A stretch of 64,000 nt of DNA from Dehalococcoidia bacterium. GTDB lineage: Bacteria; Chloroflexota; Dehalococcoidia; Lucifugimonadales; JADFKI01. The stretch spans positions 1,109,135-1,173,134 of the forward strand of contig OZ242018.1 in assembly GCA_965204855.1 (NCBI GenBank), written 5' to 3'. Positions 9,449 through 17,659 of the stretch are shown here, one piece after another (position 1 is the stretch's first letter; each line of letters opens with the position of its first letter). The position numbers were made by a program, and so were the translations under genes. Under the pieces are notes generated by a model. It did no database searches. It was not told the origin of the DNA and saw only the letters and a list, made by a program, of their open reading frames with translations.

Positions 9449-9486
9449 TTGACTGACTAACTGACCGACTGACTGACTAACTGACA
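9449..9486 (+). repeat. GACT-based microsatellite (two imperfect copies of GACTGACTAACTGAC)
   Basis: ttgactgactaactgaccgactgactgactaactgac, directly upstream of the nudC Shine-Dalgarno site. Confidence 0.9.
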
Positions 9487-9499
9487 AAGGAGCACGTCG

Positions 9500-10423
9500 T
9501 TGTATCCACCACACACATTCGCGGGCAATCCGATGGACAGAGGAGAGGTCGAGCGGCGCGATGAGGACTGGATTGAGGCGCAGGCGCAGGACCCGCAAAG
9601 CCAGTTCTTGCCGTTCAGTAATCTCAATGTGCTGCTTGGCGATGATCCTGGGCCGATACTGGGGTGGCTGTCGCCGGATGGGATTCCGTCCGATGGCACG
9701 GTGAGTACGCCGACTATGCTGGGTATGATGGACGGGGCTACGCATTTTGCCGTAGAGGTGAATGAAGAGGCTGCCGCTTTCATCGAGGATTGGACCGGAA
9801 TGCGCTTCGAGGATTGCCGGGCGGCAGGGGAGCTTCTACCCGGTCCGGATGGGGGCATCGTGGCGCAGGCGAGGGCGCAGCTGGACTGGCACAGGCGACA
9901 TAGGTTTTGCTCGGTATGCGGGCAGCCGTCGGAGAAGCGGCGCGGCGGTCAGATGCGATTATGCCCGTCTTGCAAGGCGCAGCACTTCCCGCGCACGGAC
10001 CCGGTGGTAATCACTGTTGTCGAGGACAAGGAGGGGGATCGCTGCTTGCTGGGGCAGTCGCGCGGTCGGTTACAGCGGATGCGTATGTACTCGGCGCTTG
10101 CGGGGTTTATGGACCAGGGTGAGGCTATCGAGGAGGCTGTGGCGCGGGAGATTATGGAGGAGGCGGGCATTCAGGTGAGGAATGTGCGCTATCACTCGTC
10201 ACAGCCGTGGCCCTTCCCATCGTCGTTGATGATTGGGTGCATTGCTGAGGCGGCGACAACTGATATCAACATGGATGCCGAAGAGATGACGGATGTGCAG
10301 TGGTTCAGCCGCGCCGAAGTGCTGCTCGCGCTGGAGGGCAAGAGCGAGAAGCTGGCGGTTCCTGCGCCGCTTGCTATCGCGCATCATCTGATTAAGTCGT
10401 GGGCGTATAATGAGAGGATCTAG
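9500..10423 (+). CDS. nudC: NADH pyrophosphatase (Nudix, zinc ribbon)
   Basis: C4 ribbon CSVCGQPSEKRRGGQMRLCPSCKAQHF. Nudix box GFMDQGEAIEEAVAREIMEEAGI. TTG start 7 nt after GGAG. Confidence 0.9.
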   Translation: MYPPHTFAGNPMDRGEVERRDEDWIEAQAQDPQSQFLPFSNLNVLLGDDPGPILGWLSPDGIPSDGTVSTPTMLGMMDGATHFAVEVNEEAAAFIEDWTGMRFEDCRAAGELLPGPDGGIVAQARAQLDWHRRHRFCSVCGQPSEKRRGGQMRLCPSCKAQHFPRTDPVVITVVEDKEGDRCLLGQSRGRLQRMRMYSALAGFMDQGEAIEEAVAREIMEEAGIQVRNVRYHSSQPWPFPSSLMIGCIAEAATTDINMDAEEMTDVQWFSRAEVLLALEGKSEKLAVPAPLAIAHHLIKSWAYNERI

Positions 10424-10459
10424 CGTTCCTGAAATTACTCAACCCAGTCTTGAGGTAGT

Positions 10460-10651
10460 ATGATGAGGCCGAGTGAAATAATTTTTGAAGTAACCGAGAT
10501 GTCTGACGGCATCTTTGAAGCAAGGGCGCTGGGTTACAGTATATTCACAGAGGGTGAATCCTGGGACGACCTGAAGTTCATGGTGAAAGATGCAGTCCTT
10601 TGCCACTTTGACGAGGATGAAATGCCAAGTGAAATCAAGCTTCGGCTTTGA
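10460..10651 (+). CDS. small HicB-like/UPF0150-fold protein (orphan)
   Basis: IIFEVTEMSDGIFEARALGYSIFTEGESWDDLKFMVKDAVLCHF resembles the HicB N-terminal fold. No HicA partner seen. Confidence 0.5.
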   Translation: MMRPSEIIFEVTEMSDGIFEARALGYSIFTEGESWDDLKFMVKDAVLCHFDEDEMPSEIKLRL

Positions 10652-11870
10652 CTGCCACCCCGCCTTTCAACACCATCTCAATGCGCCCCGCGTCTCGCAG
10701 AATGGATATGTCCTCCAGCGGGTCGCCGTTCACGATTACAAGGTCGGCAGACTTGCCCACTTCGATAGTGCCCACCTCGTCCAGCAGGCCGATGTTGTCG
10801 GCGGCGTTGCGGGTGCCGGCGACTATGGCTTCCATCGGGGTCAGGCCATACTCCACCATCAGCTCGAACTCGTGAGCGTTGTCGCCGTGAAAGACCAGGG
10901 GCATTGCGGCGTCGGTGCCTAGCGCGATTTTGACGCCTGCGCTCTTCGCCAATGCAATCGTCTCGCGTGCGTAGGCCTCCATTCGCTTCATCTGTTCCTC
11001 CGAGCCGGGGTATGTCCACAAGCCCTCCTCAATGGCTTGCTGCGCTGCCGGGTTGACTGACAGAGTGGGGCAGAGGAATGTGCCGCGCTCCGCCATCATG
11101 TCCGCTGCTGCGGCGTCGAGGGGAAAGCCGTGCTCGATGGAGTCCACGCCCGCTCGGATGCAATTCTTGATGCCTTCCGTGTGGGAGTGGGCATGCGCGG
11201 CTACCTTGATGCCTGCGCGGTGCGCCTCTTCGATTCCGGGAATGAGCTCCTCTGTGGTGTAACCTGAGCGTCCACGGAAGGGCGGTGAAAGAGCGGGGCG
11301 TGTGCCGCCGATAATCTTGATGGCGTCCGCGCCCGCAACAGCCTGATAGCGAATCGCCTTCAGCACCTCGTCCGCGCCGTCGGCTACATGCGCCATATCG
11401 TTGCTGTACTCGGTGCCGTGCCCTCCGGTATGGGTGATGCCCTTGCCGGCTGAGAGCAGGCGAGGACCGGGGTGCTCTCCGGCCGCGAGGCTGTCGCGGA
11501 GGACAAATACGTCGTTAGGCGCTCCCAGATCGCGTATGGTCGTAAAACCTGCTTGCAGTGTCTTGCGGGCAGCGGTGACAGATTGAAGCAGCGCGCGTCC
11601 CTTGAGATAGGTAGCGTCCCGTATGGGGATGTTTGACATGCGTGGCGACAGGCGCGGGTCGGGGTTGCCCATGATATGCACATGGCAGTCGATGAAGCCG
11701 GGTAGCAGGGTCTTGCCGCTGACGTCGATTTCGGTGGCGTCGGGAGGCGTGGGCAAGGCGGCGGAGGGAGCAATCTCCGCGATGCGTCCATCTCTTATCA
11801 GCACCGACATATTTTCCTGCGCTGCGCCACCTTTGCCGTCGATGATGTGAGCGTTCTTCAAAAGCAGCAT
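10635..11870 (-). CDS. metal-dependent amidohydrolase family protein
   Basis: LPGFIDCHVHI metal-binding HxH, later AAHAHS and GTDA. ATG at 11870 follows AGGTGG; the ORF-track GTG at 11879 is less likely. Confidence 0.9.
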   Translation of the reverse strand: MLLLKNAHIIDGKGGAAQENMSVLIRDGRIAEIAPSAALPTPPDATEIDVSGKTLLPGFIDCHVHIMGNPDPRLSPRMSNIPIRDATYLKGRALLQSVTAARKTLQAGFTTIRDLGAPNDVFVLRDSLAAGEHPGPRLLSAGKGITHTGGHGTEYSNDMAHVADGADEVLKAIRYQAVAGADAIKIIGGTRPALSPPFRGRSGYTTEELIPGIEEAHRAGIKVAAHAHSHTEGIKNCIRAGVDSIEHGFPLDAAAADMMAERGTFLCPTLSVNPAAQQAIEEGLWTYPGSEEQMKRMEAYARETIALAKSAGVKIALGTDAAMPLVFHGDNAHEFELMVEYGLTPMEAIVAGTRNAADNIGLLDEVGTIEVGKSADLVIVNGDPLEDISILRDAGRIEMVLKGGVAVKAEA

Positions 11871-11884
11871 TCTGACCACCTACC

Positions 11885-11924
11885 CCTTGATCCCTATCTT
11901 GCTCATCCTGTCCATCGATGTTGG
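11885..11924 (-). repeat. family-B repeat copy (reverse on + strand, forward relative to the minus-strand operon)
   Basis: Reverse complement reads ccaacatcgatggacaggatgagcaagatagggatcaagg; sits between ligase stop and amidohydrolase start. Confidence 0.75.
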
Positions 11925-11931
11925 TCCCCCG

Positions 11932-13509
11932 TCACCCCGTGCCGCCGGTGATGCCCTCCGGGATGCGGCGGGCGGCTTCTTCGGTGAGCCACTTGCGGTC
12001 TATCTTGTTGGTGCCGGAGACGGGTATCTCGTCGAGGAAGAAAACGCGGCGCGGGTGGGCATAGGCAGGACCGTTGGCGAAGAAGAACTGCTTCAACTCC
12101 ATCTCATCGGTGTTCTCGTCCTTGTGGAGCACGACCCACGCGATGGGCGCTTCGCCCTTGACTTGATGGCGCGCAGATACTACTGAAACATCGGCGACTG
12201 CGGGATGCTGGAGGATGATGGTCTCCACTTCTTTGGGATAGACGTTTTCGCCGCCGCAGTTAATCATGTCGTCCACACGACCCTGGAAGTAGATGTAGCC
12301 CTGCTCGTCGGCGTACACGAGGTCGCCGGACTTTACGAAGCCGTCTGGCGTCATCTTCTCGGCGGTAACATCAGGCTGCTTGTAGTAGCCGATGAGGTTG
12401 GGCGGTCCCTTGCTCCAGAGTTCGCCGATTTCGCCGGGTTCGCAGTCACGGCTTTCGTTCTCGGGGTCAACTATGCGAATTTCGACATCCATGACTGGAA
12501 GGCCGCAGCTACCGAGCTTCTTGATACCCCAGCGCGGAGACAGCACATTCGCGCCTGCCTCGGTGAGGCCGTAGCTTTCGATGACCTCGCAGCCGAAGAC
12601 GCGGTTGATTTCCTGCATGAGTTCTTCGGGGACGGGCGCTGAGCCGCAGGACAGGTACTCGAATGACGTTACGTCGTTTGTCCGCAACGCTTCGCGCTCG
12701 GCGAGCAGCAGGCTATACATGGAGGGAGTGCCGGACATGAACGTGGGCTTGTGGCGGTCGATTGCCTCAATGACCGGAACGGCGTCGAAGCCGGGCAGTA
12801 TGGCAGTGGAGCCTCCGACATAGAGCATCGGCATTAGACTGCCCCAGAGGGCGTTGGCATGATAGAGCGGCCCGACAATGAGGGCGCGGTCGGACTGCAC
12901 ATTCATCATCGCGCGGACGCCGGAGCGGGCAGTCCACCACTTGCTGGCGTGACTGAGAAGGCAGCCCTTTGGGCGACCGGTCGAGCCTGACGTGTACATC
13001 ATCATAGCGACATCATCGTCTTCGACTTGCGCGGTGGTGAAGCCGCCGGTTTCCTCGGCGAGCAAGCTCTCGTAGTCGAGCATGCCGTCCATGCTCCCGT
13101 CCACGAGCAGCGTATGTTCTATGTTCGCCGCACCGCTGTGGATTGCCTGCGCCTTGTCCGCGAGTTCCTCGTGCGCAATGAGGATGCGGGAGTCGCTGTG
13201 CTCGGCGATGAAAATCAGGTTATCGTTGCCAAGCTTGATGTTCGCGGGAACGGCTACCGCGCCGATGCGGATGATGCCGAACAGGCTCTCGACGAAGCGA
13301 TAGTCGTTGGTCATCAGCAGCATTACCTTATCGTCTCGGCCGATGCCGAGACGGCTGAGCGCGGCTGCCAACTGCTGGGTGCGCTCCTCCAGTGCTGTAT
13401 AGGTCAGGGAGACGTCGCCCTGCTCGATGACCACCTTGTCCGGGTAGAGCAGGACCGGACGCCAGAATAGCTCTCCGAAGTTGCCGGATGAGTGTTTTTC
13501 GACAGTCAT
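11932..13509 (-). CDS. AMP-dependent acyl-CoA synthetase/ligase
   Basis: AMP-binding motif YTSGSTGRPKG, later GELWSKGP and C-terminal GTNKIDRK. Confidence 0.95.
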   Translation of the reverse strand: MTVEKHSSGNFGELFWRPVLLYPDKVVIEQGDVSLTYTALEERTQQLAAALSRLGIGRDDKVMLLMTNDYRFVESLFGIIRIGAVAVPANIKLGNDNLIFIAEHSDSRILIAHEELADKAQAIHSGAANIEHTLLVDGSMDGMLDYESLLAEETGGFTTAQVEDDDVAMMMYTSGSTGRPKGCLLSHASKWWTARSGVRAMMNVQSDRALIVGPLYHANALWGSLMPMLYVGGSTAILPGFDAVPVIEAIDRHKPTFMSGTPSMYSLLLAEREALRTNDVTSFEYLSCGSAPVPEELMQEINRVFGCEVIESYGLTEAGANVLSPRWGIKKLGSCGLPVMDVEIRIVDPENESRDCEPGEIGELWSKGPPNLIGYYKQPDVTAEKMTPDGFVKSGDLVYADEQGYIYFQGRVDDMINCGGENVYPKEVETIILQHPAVADVSVVSARHQVKGEAPIAWVVLHKDENTDEMELKQFFFANGPAYAHPRRVFFLDEIPVSGTNKIDRKWLTEEAARRIPEGITGGTG

Positions 13510-13601
13510 GGCGTGATTATCACCTTTCCAAAGTCTTTTGTGTTTTCGGCAACGAAGGTTGGATGCTCAGTCGGTATCGCTCAGGGCGTGATTATCACCT
13601 T
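13510..13601. repeat. exact 17-bp direct repeat ggcgtgattatcacctt (13510-13526 and 13585-13601)
   Basis: Read directly. Both copies encode GKVIITP-stop on the minus strand. Confidence 0.9.
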
Positions 13602-14576
13602 GCCGAATATCTCTCTGTCTTCCAGCAGGCGATGTCCCTCCGCAGTGTCCTCAAGGGGCAGCACCGCGCCTATAACAGGTATGATACTGCCCTGTCGCAC
13701 GGCGTCAAGCAGGTCGATGAGGTCTTGCCTGTGCCAGCCGTCGGAGCCTAGTATGTCCATCTCCCGGCGCCAGATGTAGCGGATGTCGGTGGGCGGGTCG
13801 AATCCGGCAGTTGCGCCACAGGTTAGGATGCGCCCGCCGTGCTTGACCGCCTTGAGGCTGCGAACCCAACTGTCGCCGCCGGTGTAGTTCACGACTACAT
13901 CCACGCCTTCGCCATCCGTGAGACTGCGCACATAGCGGTGAAACTCCGGGTGCTCTATGTAGTTCACGGCGTGGTCAGCGCCCAGCTCCTTCAGTTGAGC
14001 GAGCTTGCCTGGGTTGCTTGCGGCGGCGAAGACCTCGCAGCCCAGCATCTTGGCAATCTGCACCGCGCCGGTTCCAACGCCACCACTCGCTCCGAGAATG
14101 AGTATGCTTTCGCCCGCCTGGAGCTTGCCGCGAGTGATTATCATGCGCCAGGCTGTGCCATAAGCGATTGGGAGCGCGGCGGCTTGCTCGTATGTAACGT
14201 CGTCGGGCAGCGGGATGGCGTTGTCGGCTGAGATGGCGAAATACTCTGACAGGCCGCCGGTGGCGCTTTCGCCAAGCGCGCCGCCCGTGCCGTCGGGCAT
14301 CGTGATCGCGGGGTCTATGAGCAGGCGCTGGCCGACACTGACCGATGTTACATCCTTGCCGAGTGCCACGACTTCGCCCGCGATGTCGCCGCCGGATATG
14401 CGGGGCAGGTCGATGGGCAATCCGGGCATGCCGCGCCGCACGAATATGTCGAGGTAGTTCAGGCCGACGGCTTTGACGCGCAGGAGGATTTCGCCGGGCG
14501 CAGGCGCCGGGTCGGGGATGTCTTCGAGGATGAGCTTGTCGCGTCCACCGTGTTCGTGTATGACTACCGCGCGCAT
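13581..14576 (-). CDS. zinc-type alcohol dehydrogenase / quinone oxidoreductase (MDR family)
   Basis: GroES-like N-terminus and Rossmann motif ILGASGGVGTGAVQIAK. Confidence 0.9.
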   Translation of the reverse strand: MRAVVIHEHGGRDKLILEDIPDPAPAPGEILLRVKAVGLNYLDIFVRRGMPGLPIDLPRISGGDIAGEVVALGKDVTSVSVGQRLLIDPAITMPDGTGGALGESATGGLSEYFAISADNAIPLPDDVTYEQAAALPIAYGTAWRMIITRGKLQAGESILILGASGGVGTGAVQIAKMLGCEVFAAASNPGKLAQLKELGADHAVNYIEHPEFHRYVRSLTDGEGVDVVVNYTGGDSWVRSLKAVKHGGRILTCGATAGFDPPTDIRYIWRREMDILGSDGWHRQDLIDLLDAVRQGSIIPVIGAVLPLEDTAEGHRLLEDREIFGKVIITP

Positions 14577-14578
14577 GT

Positions 14579-15001
14579 CTAGCCTCTGCCCGTAAGCGTT
14601 TCGCGCGGCGGCGCGGCGTTGACGAGCGTGGAACGTCCGACGGCTACGAGCCTGCCTTCAGATGTTCGTATCTCCACATCCGCCACTCCGACCGTGCGTC
14701 CGGTCTTGACCGCCTTGCCATAGGCTATCAGGTCGGTGTCGGGCCCGACCATACGCAGGTAGTCCACCTGGAGATTCATGTTTGGGGCGTCCTTGCCGGT
14801 GCTGCTCATCATGGCAAAGCAGGTGGTGAGGTCGGCAAGTGTGGATATGATGCCGCCATGCACGTTAAGCCTATCGTCAGACGCGAGAAATTCCTCGCGG
14901 AAAGGCATACGCACCTCGACATCGCCCGCATCGGCGCGGACGAGCTCCACGCCTAGCCAGCGGTGGTAGGGGGAGTCATGCATTCTCTTTTCCAGGTCCA
15001 T
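14579..15001 (-). CDS. PaaI-family hotdog-fold thioesterase
   Basis: HGGIISTLADLT motif. First 9 codons of ORF 14579..15028 are a translated family-B repeat, so ATG 15001 is preferred. Confidence 0.8.
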   Translation of the reverse strand: MDLEKRMHDSPYHRWLGVELVRADAGDVEVRMPFREEFLASDDRLNVHGGIISTLADLTTCFAMMSSTGKDAPNMNLQVDYLRMVGPDTDLIAYGKAVKTGRTVGVADVEIRTSEGRLVAVGRSTLVNAAPPRETLTGRG

Positions 15002-15039
15002 CTCATCTTCCCTATCCTGTCTATCCATGTCAGGTCAGG
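14997..15039 (-). repeat. family-B repeat copy (forward relative to the minus-strand operon)
   Basis: Reverse complement reads cctgacctgacatggatagacaggatagggaagatgagatgga; between enolase-family stop and thioesterase start. Confidence 0.75.
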
Positions 15040-15044
15040 CCCAG

Positions 15045-16160
15045 TTACGAAACCTCTTGCACGAAGTTGCGCTTCACAAGGTCCCAGTCGATCTCGTAGC
15101 CGAGTCCCGGCTCGGTTGGCGCATAGACCAGGCCCTTGTCGTCAACCTCTATGTCTTCCACGAGAGCATACTTGTTTGCACCGGTGCAAGGGAAGACTTC
15201 GTAGTAGTCGCAGTTGCGGATTGCCATGGTTACATGCAGGTTTGCCACATTGTTGAGCGAGTTGCCGCCGTGGTGAATCTCGAACTTCATGCCGAAGCCC
15301 TCGGCTATGTGAGCTATCTTAATCAACGGGGTGATGCCGCCCGTTACCGCAACATCTCCTCGCAGGATGTCCGTTGCGTAGCTCTGTATCCAGTGCGCCA
15401 TGCCGTAGAGTCTGCCGGGAGCGAACTCGGTGGACATTATGGGTATGTCCAGCTTCTGGCGGAGCTTGACGTAGTTGTAGATGTCCTCTTCGACCAGCGG
15501 GTCTTCATACCAGAAGAAGTCCAGTTCCTCGATGGCGCGCCCCACACGCACCGCGTCCTCGTAGCCGTAAGCCCACATGGAGTCCAGCATCAACACCATG
15601 TCATCGCCGACAGCCTCGCGGACTGCCTTGCAAATCTCGATGTCCGCGGCGGGGTCGGAGTGCGGATGTATCTTGTGAGCCGTCCAGCCGAGGGACTGGA
15701 AGTGCTTTGCCTCCTCGGCATACTCCTCAGCGGTCGCGTGCCACGCGGTGCTGGAGTATGCGGGCACGCTGTAACGGCATGTGCCGATAAGCTGGTGAAT
15801 CGGCAGTCCGGCAGCCTTACCCGCGATGTCCCACAGTGCGACATCGATAGCGCCGATTGCGCTGGTTGTAACCCTGCGATTCTCCCTCCACATCTCCCAC
15901 CAGATTGCCCCTCTTTCCATCGGGTTCCTGCCCATCACTATTGGCTTGAGAAACTTCATCAGCGGCGCGACGAGATCGTCCGCGCCCTGGTGAGACGAGC
16001 CAAGGAATGCGTTCCCACTGATGCCCTCATCAGTCTCGACGGTCAGGATGCCCAATAGTACATCGCCGCCGAAGCTGGTGCCCCTGCCGCCGCCTATCCC
16101 GGTCGTCCACGCCTCCTGCTCCCAGTTGAACATCGTTACCTTGACGTCTGTTACTTTCAT
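15045..16160 (-). CDS. mandelate racemase/muconate lactonizing enzyme (enolase superfamily) protein
   Basis: N-terminal capping domain plus barrel with KIHPH, MLDSMWAY and FWYEDP metal-ligand contexts. Confidence 0.9.
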   Translation of the reverse strand: MKVTDVKVTMFNWEQEAWTTGIGGGRGTSFGGDVLLGILTVETDEGISGNAFLGSSHQGADDLVAPLMKFLKPIVMGRNPMERGAIWWEMWRENRRVTTSAIGAIDVALWDIAGKAAGLPIHQLIGTCRYSVPAYSSTAWHATAEEYAEEAKHFQSLGWTAHKIHPHSDPAADIEICKAVREAVGDDMVLMLDSMWAYGYEDAVRVGRAIEELDFFWYEDPLVEEDIYNYVKLRQKLDIPIMSTEFAPGRLYGMAHWIQSYATDILRGDVAVTGGITPLIKIAHIAEGFGMKFEIHHGGNSLNNVANLHVTMAIRNCDYYEVFPCTGANKYALVEDIEVDDKGLVYAPTEPGLGYEIDWDLVKRNFVQEVS

Positions 16161-16301
16161 ACTGTGGTCCTCCGAAAATGTCAGTTGTTGTGAGGGGTAT
16201 GTTATACAGCAGACAGGGTTATTTCAAATCGGAAACCAGGCGTCGGGTGTCAGGCGTCAAAGATTATCGGATGGACATGGATTGGCGAGATTTCGGTTGA
16301 C

Positions 16302-16336
16302 GAAAGAAAATGCGCCCGGCATTCGCTGGGCGCATT
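16302..16336 (-). terminator. rho-independent terminator downstream of the tautomerase gene
   Basis: Minus strand: AATGCGCCC-10 nt loop-GGGCGCATT followed by TTTCTTTC. Confidence 0.7.
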
Positions 16337-16367
16337 GGATTACGTGCTTAGGTGGTAGGCTTGAGGG

Positions 16368-16772
16368 CTAGTCGGCTGCGGCGTGCTCGTACCACTCCGG
16401 GCCCTCTTCGCCGGGTTCGGGCAGGACGTGGCCGCCCTCCATGGTCTGAGACGCCTTGCCCTCGGTTATTCTGCCGTCGATGTCGCCGGGCGAGATGCCG
16501 GTAATCTCCACGAATGCGGCGATGAGGTCGCTCAGCAGCTTCTGCTTCACCTCCTCGGGCCGGCCCGCGCGGTTGCCGCCGTCCATGTAGTACGGCGCGT
16601 CGCTGTCGTAGCCGGTGCTGCCGCCTTCGGGGTACTCGATGAACTCGCAATGCACGAAGGTGCGCGGCGCGCCCGTGCTGCCGCAGTGGATGTCGGTGAA
16701 CGCCTTGGCGACCGCCTGCCGCTTCTCGAACTCTACTGAGCCTTCCGGCACAATGCACTTGTAATACGGCAT
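16368..16772 (-). CDS. tautomerase-superfamily protein (Tautomerase_3-like) with Pro-1
   Basis: Begins MPYYKCIVPEGSV (catalytic Pro after Met). ~130-aa beta-alpha-beta duplication pattern. Confidence 0.6.
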   Translation of the reverse strand: MPYYKCIVPEGSVEFEKRQAVAKAFTDIHCGSTGAPRTFVHCEFIEYPEGGSTGYDSDAPYYMDGGNRAGRPEEVKQKLLSDLIAAFVEITGISPGDIDGRITEGKASQTMEGGHVLPEPGEEGPEWYEHAAAD

Positions 16773-16832
16773 ATCTCTTCCTTTCTCGCTTCAGTGTTAT
16801 GTCTATGCCTGTTTGCTGACTTTGATGGTTGA

Positions 16833-17159
16833 CTACTGCGGGTCACGCGCCGACACCAGAAACTCGTCGACTTCGCATCCCGTCTCTGCCATCCACATGT
16901 TCATAATCCGGGTCATCAGATCGACGCGGGTTTCTTGGTCTATCGCCTCGGTGAGTTGACCGCGCACGGTTGAGGTCGTGGAGACTTCGCCGCCGCGGAA
17001 GCCGAACCCATGCCGCACTTCGTAGTATTCCACGGCTATCCCGTCCGCCGGAATATCGAGGACGGCTGCGCTGATACGCCTGATTTCGGAAGCGAGTTTG
17101 ACTCGCTGGTCGTCAGGCACAATGCCTTCCTGCACTATGCAGGTGTAGTTTATGTTCAT
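16833..17159 (-). CDS. tautomerase-like paralogue lacking Pro-1
   Basis: MNINYTCIVQEGIVPDDQRVKLASEI parallels the neighbour MPYYKCIVPEGSVEFEKRQAVAKAF. ATG 17159 chosen over ORF-track 17207. Confidence 0.55.
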   Translation of the reverse strand: MNINYTCIVQEGIVPDDQRVKLASEIRRISAAVLDIPADGIAVEYYEVRHGFGFRGGEVSTTSTVRGQLTEAIDQETRVDLMTRIMNMWMAETGCEVDEFLVSARDPQ

Positions 17160-17377
17160 GTGCCGCTCCTCGGGATGCAGGCTAGATACCGCATAAGAGA
17201 TTATCACAGCCTAATGACCGACTGCAAATGCTTTCGTAGTACATCTGTGCATTAGCTAGTCGGTATATTCAGTGCTTTATTAAATCGATGTTTCCGTCCG
17301 GGTTACTGGTATAGAATACCCTGCAAGACAGCCTATTTTTTTCATCTTGCAGAGGATGAAGAAAGGAATCGATATAT

Positions 17378-17659
17378 ATGCTATTTCTCGCAATCAGCAG
17401 CCCGCATCCGACGCGCCCATCCGAAGTCAGGGAGACTCGCAAGAAATATTGGCCGTGGGCGCAGGACAAGCTGGACAGAGGGCTTGCGCGAGCGTTCTAC
17501 GCGCGCACGGGCAGGGGAGCTGTGGCGCTGTTCGATGTCGAATCCAACGAGGAGCTTCATCGCCTGCTGACGGAGTGGTCGGAGATGATACCGGCAGAGT
17601 TCGAGATATATCCGCTGCTGGACGCGGACGCGGCAGTGCAGTTTCTGAACGAGGGCTAG
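17378..17659 (+). CDS. muconolactone delta-isomerase-like (ferredoxin-fold) protein
   Basis: 93 aa, starts MLFLAISSP. FDVESNEELHRLLTEWSEMIPAEFEIYPLL resembles the MIase family layout. Confidence 0.55.
   Translation: MLFLAISSPHPTRPSEVRETRKKYWPWAQDKLDRGLARAFYARTGRGAVALFDVESNEELHRLLTEWSEMIPAEFEIYPLLDADAAVQFLNEG

Noticed and set aside
15027-16058. 343-aa + strand ORF
   Set aside because: Entirely antisense to the well-supported enolase-superfamily gene. The Arg/Val/His-rich composition is typical of shadow ORFs in high-GC DNA, and it has no recognisable motif.
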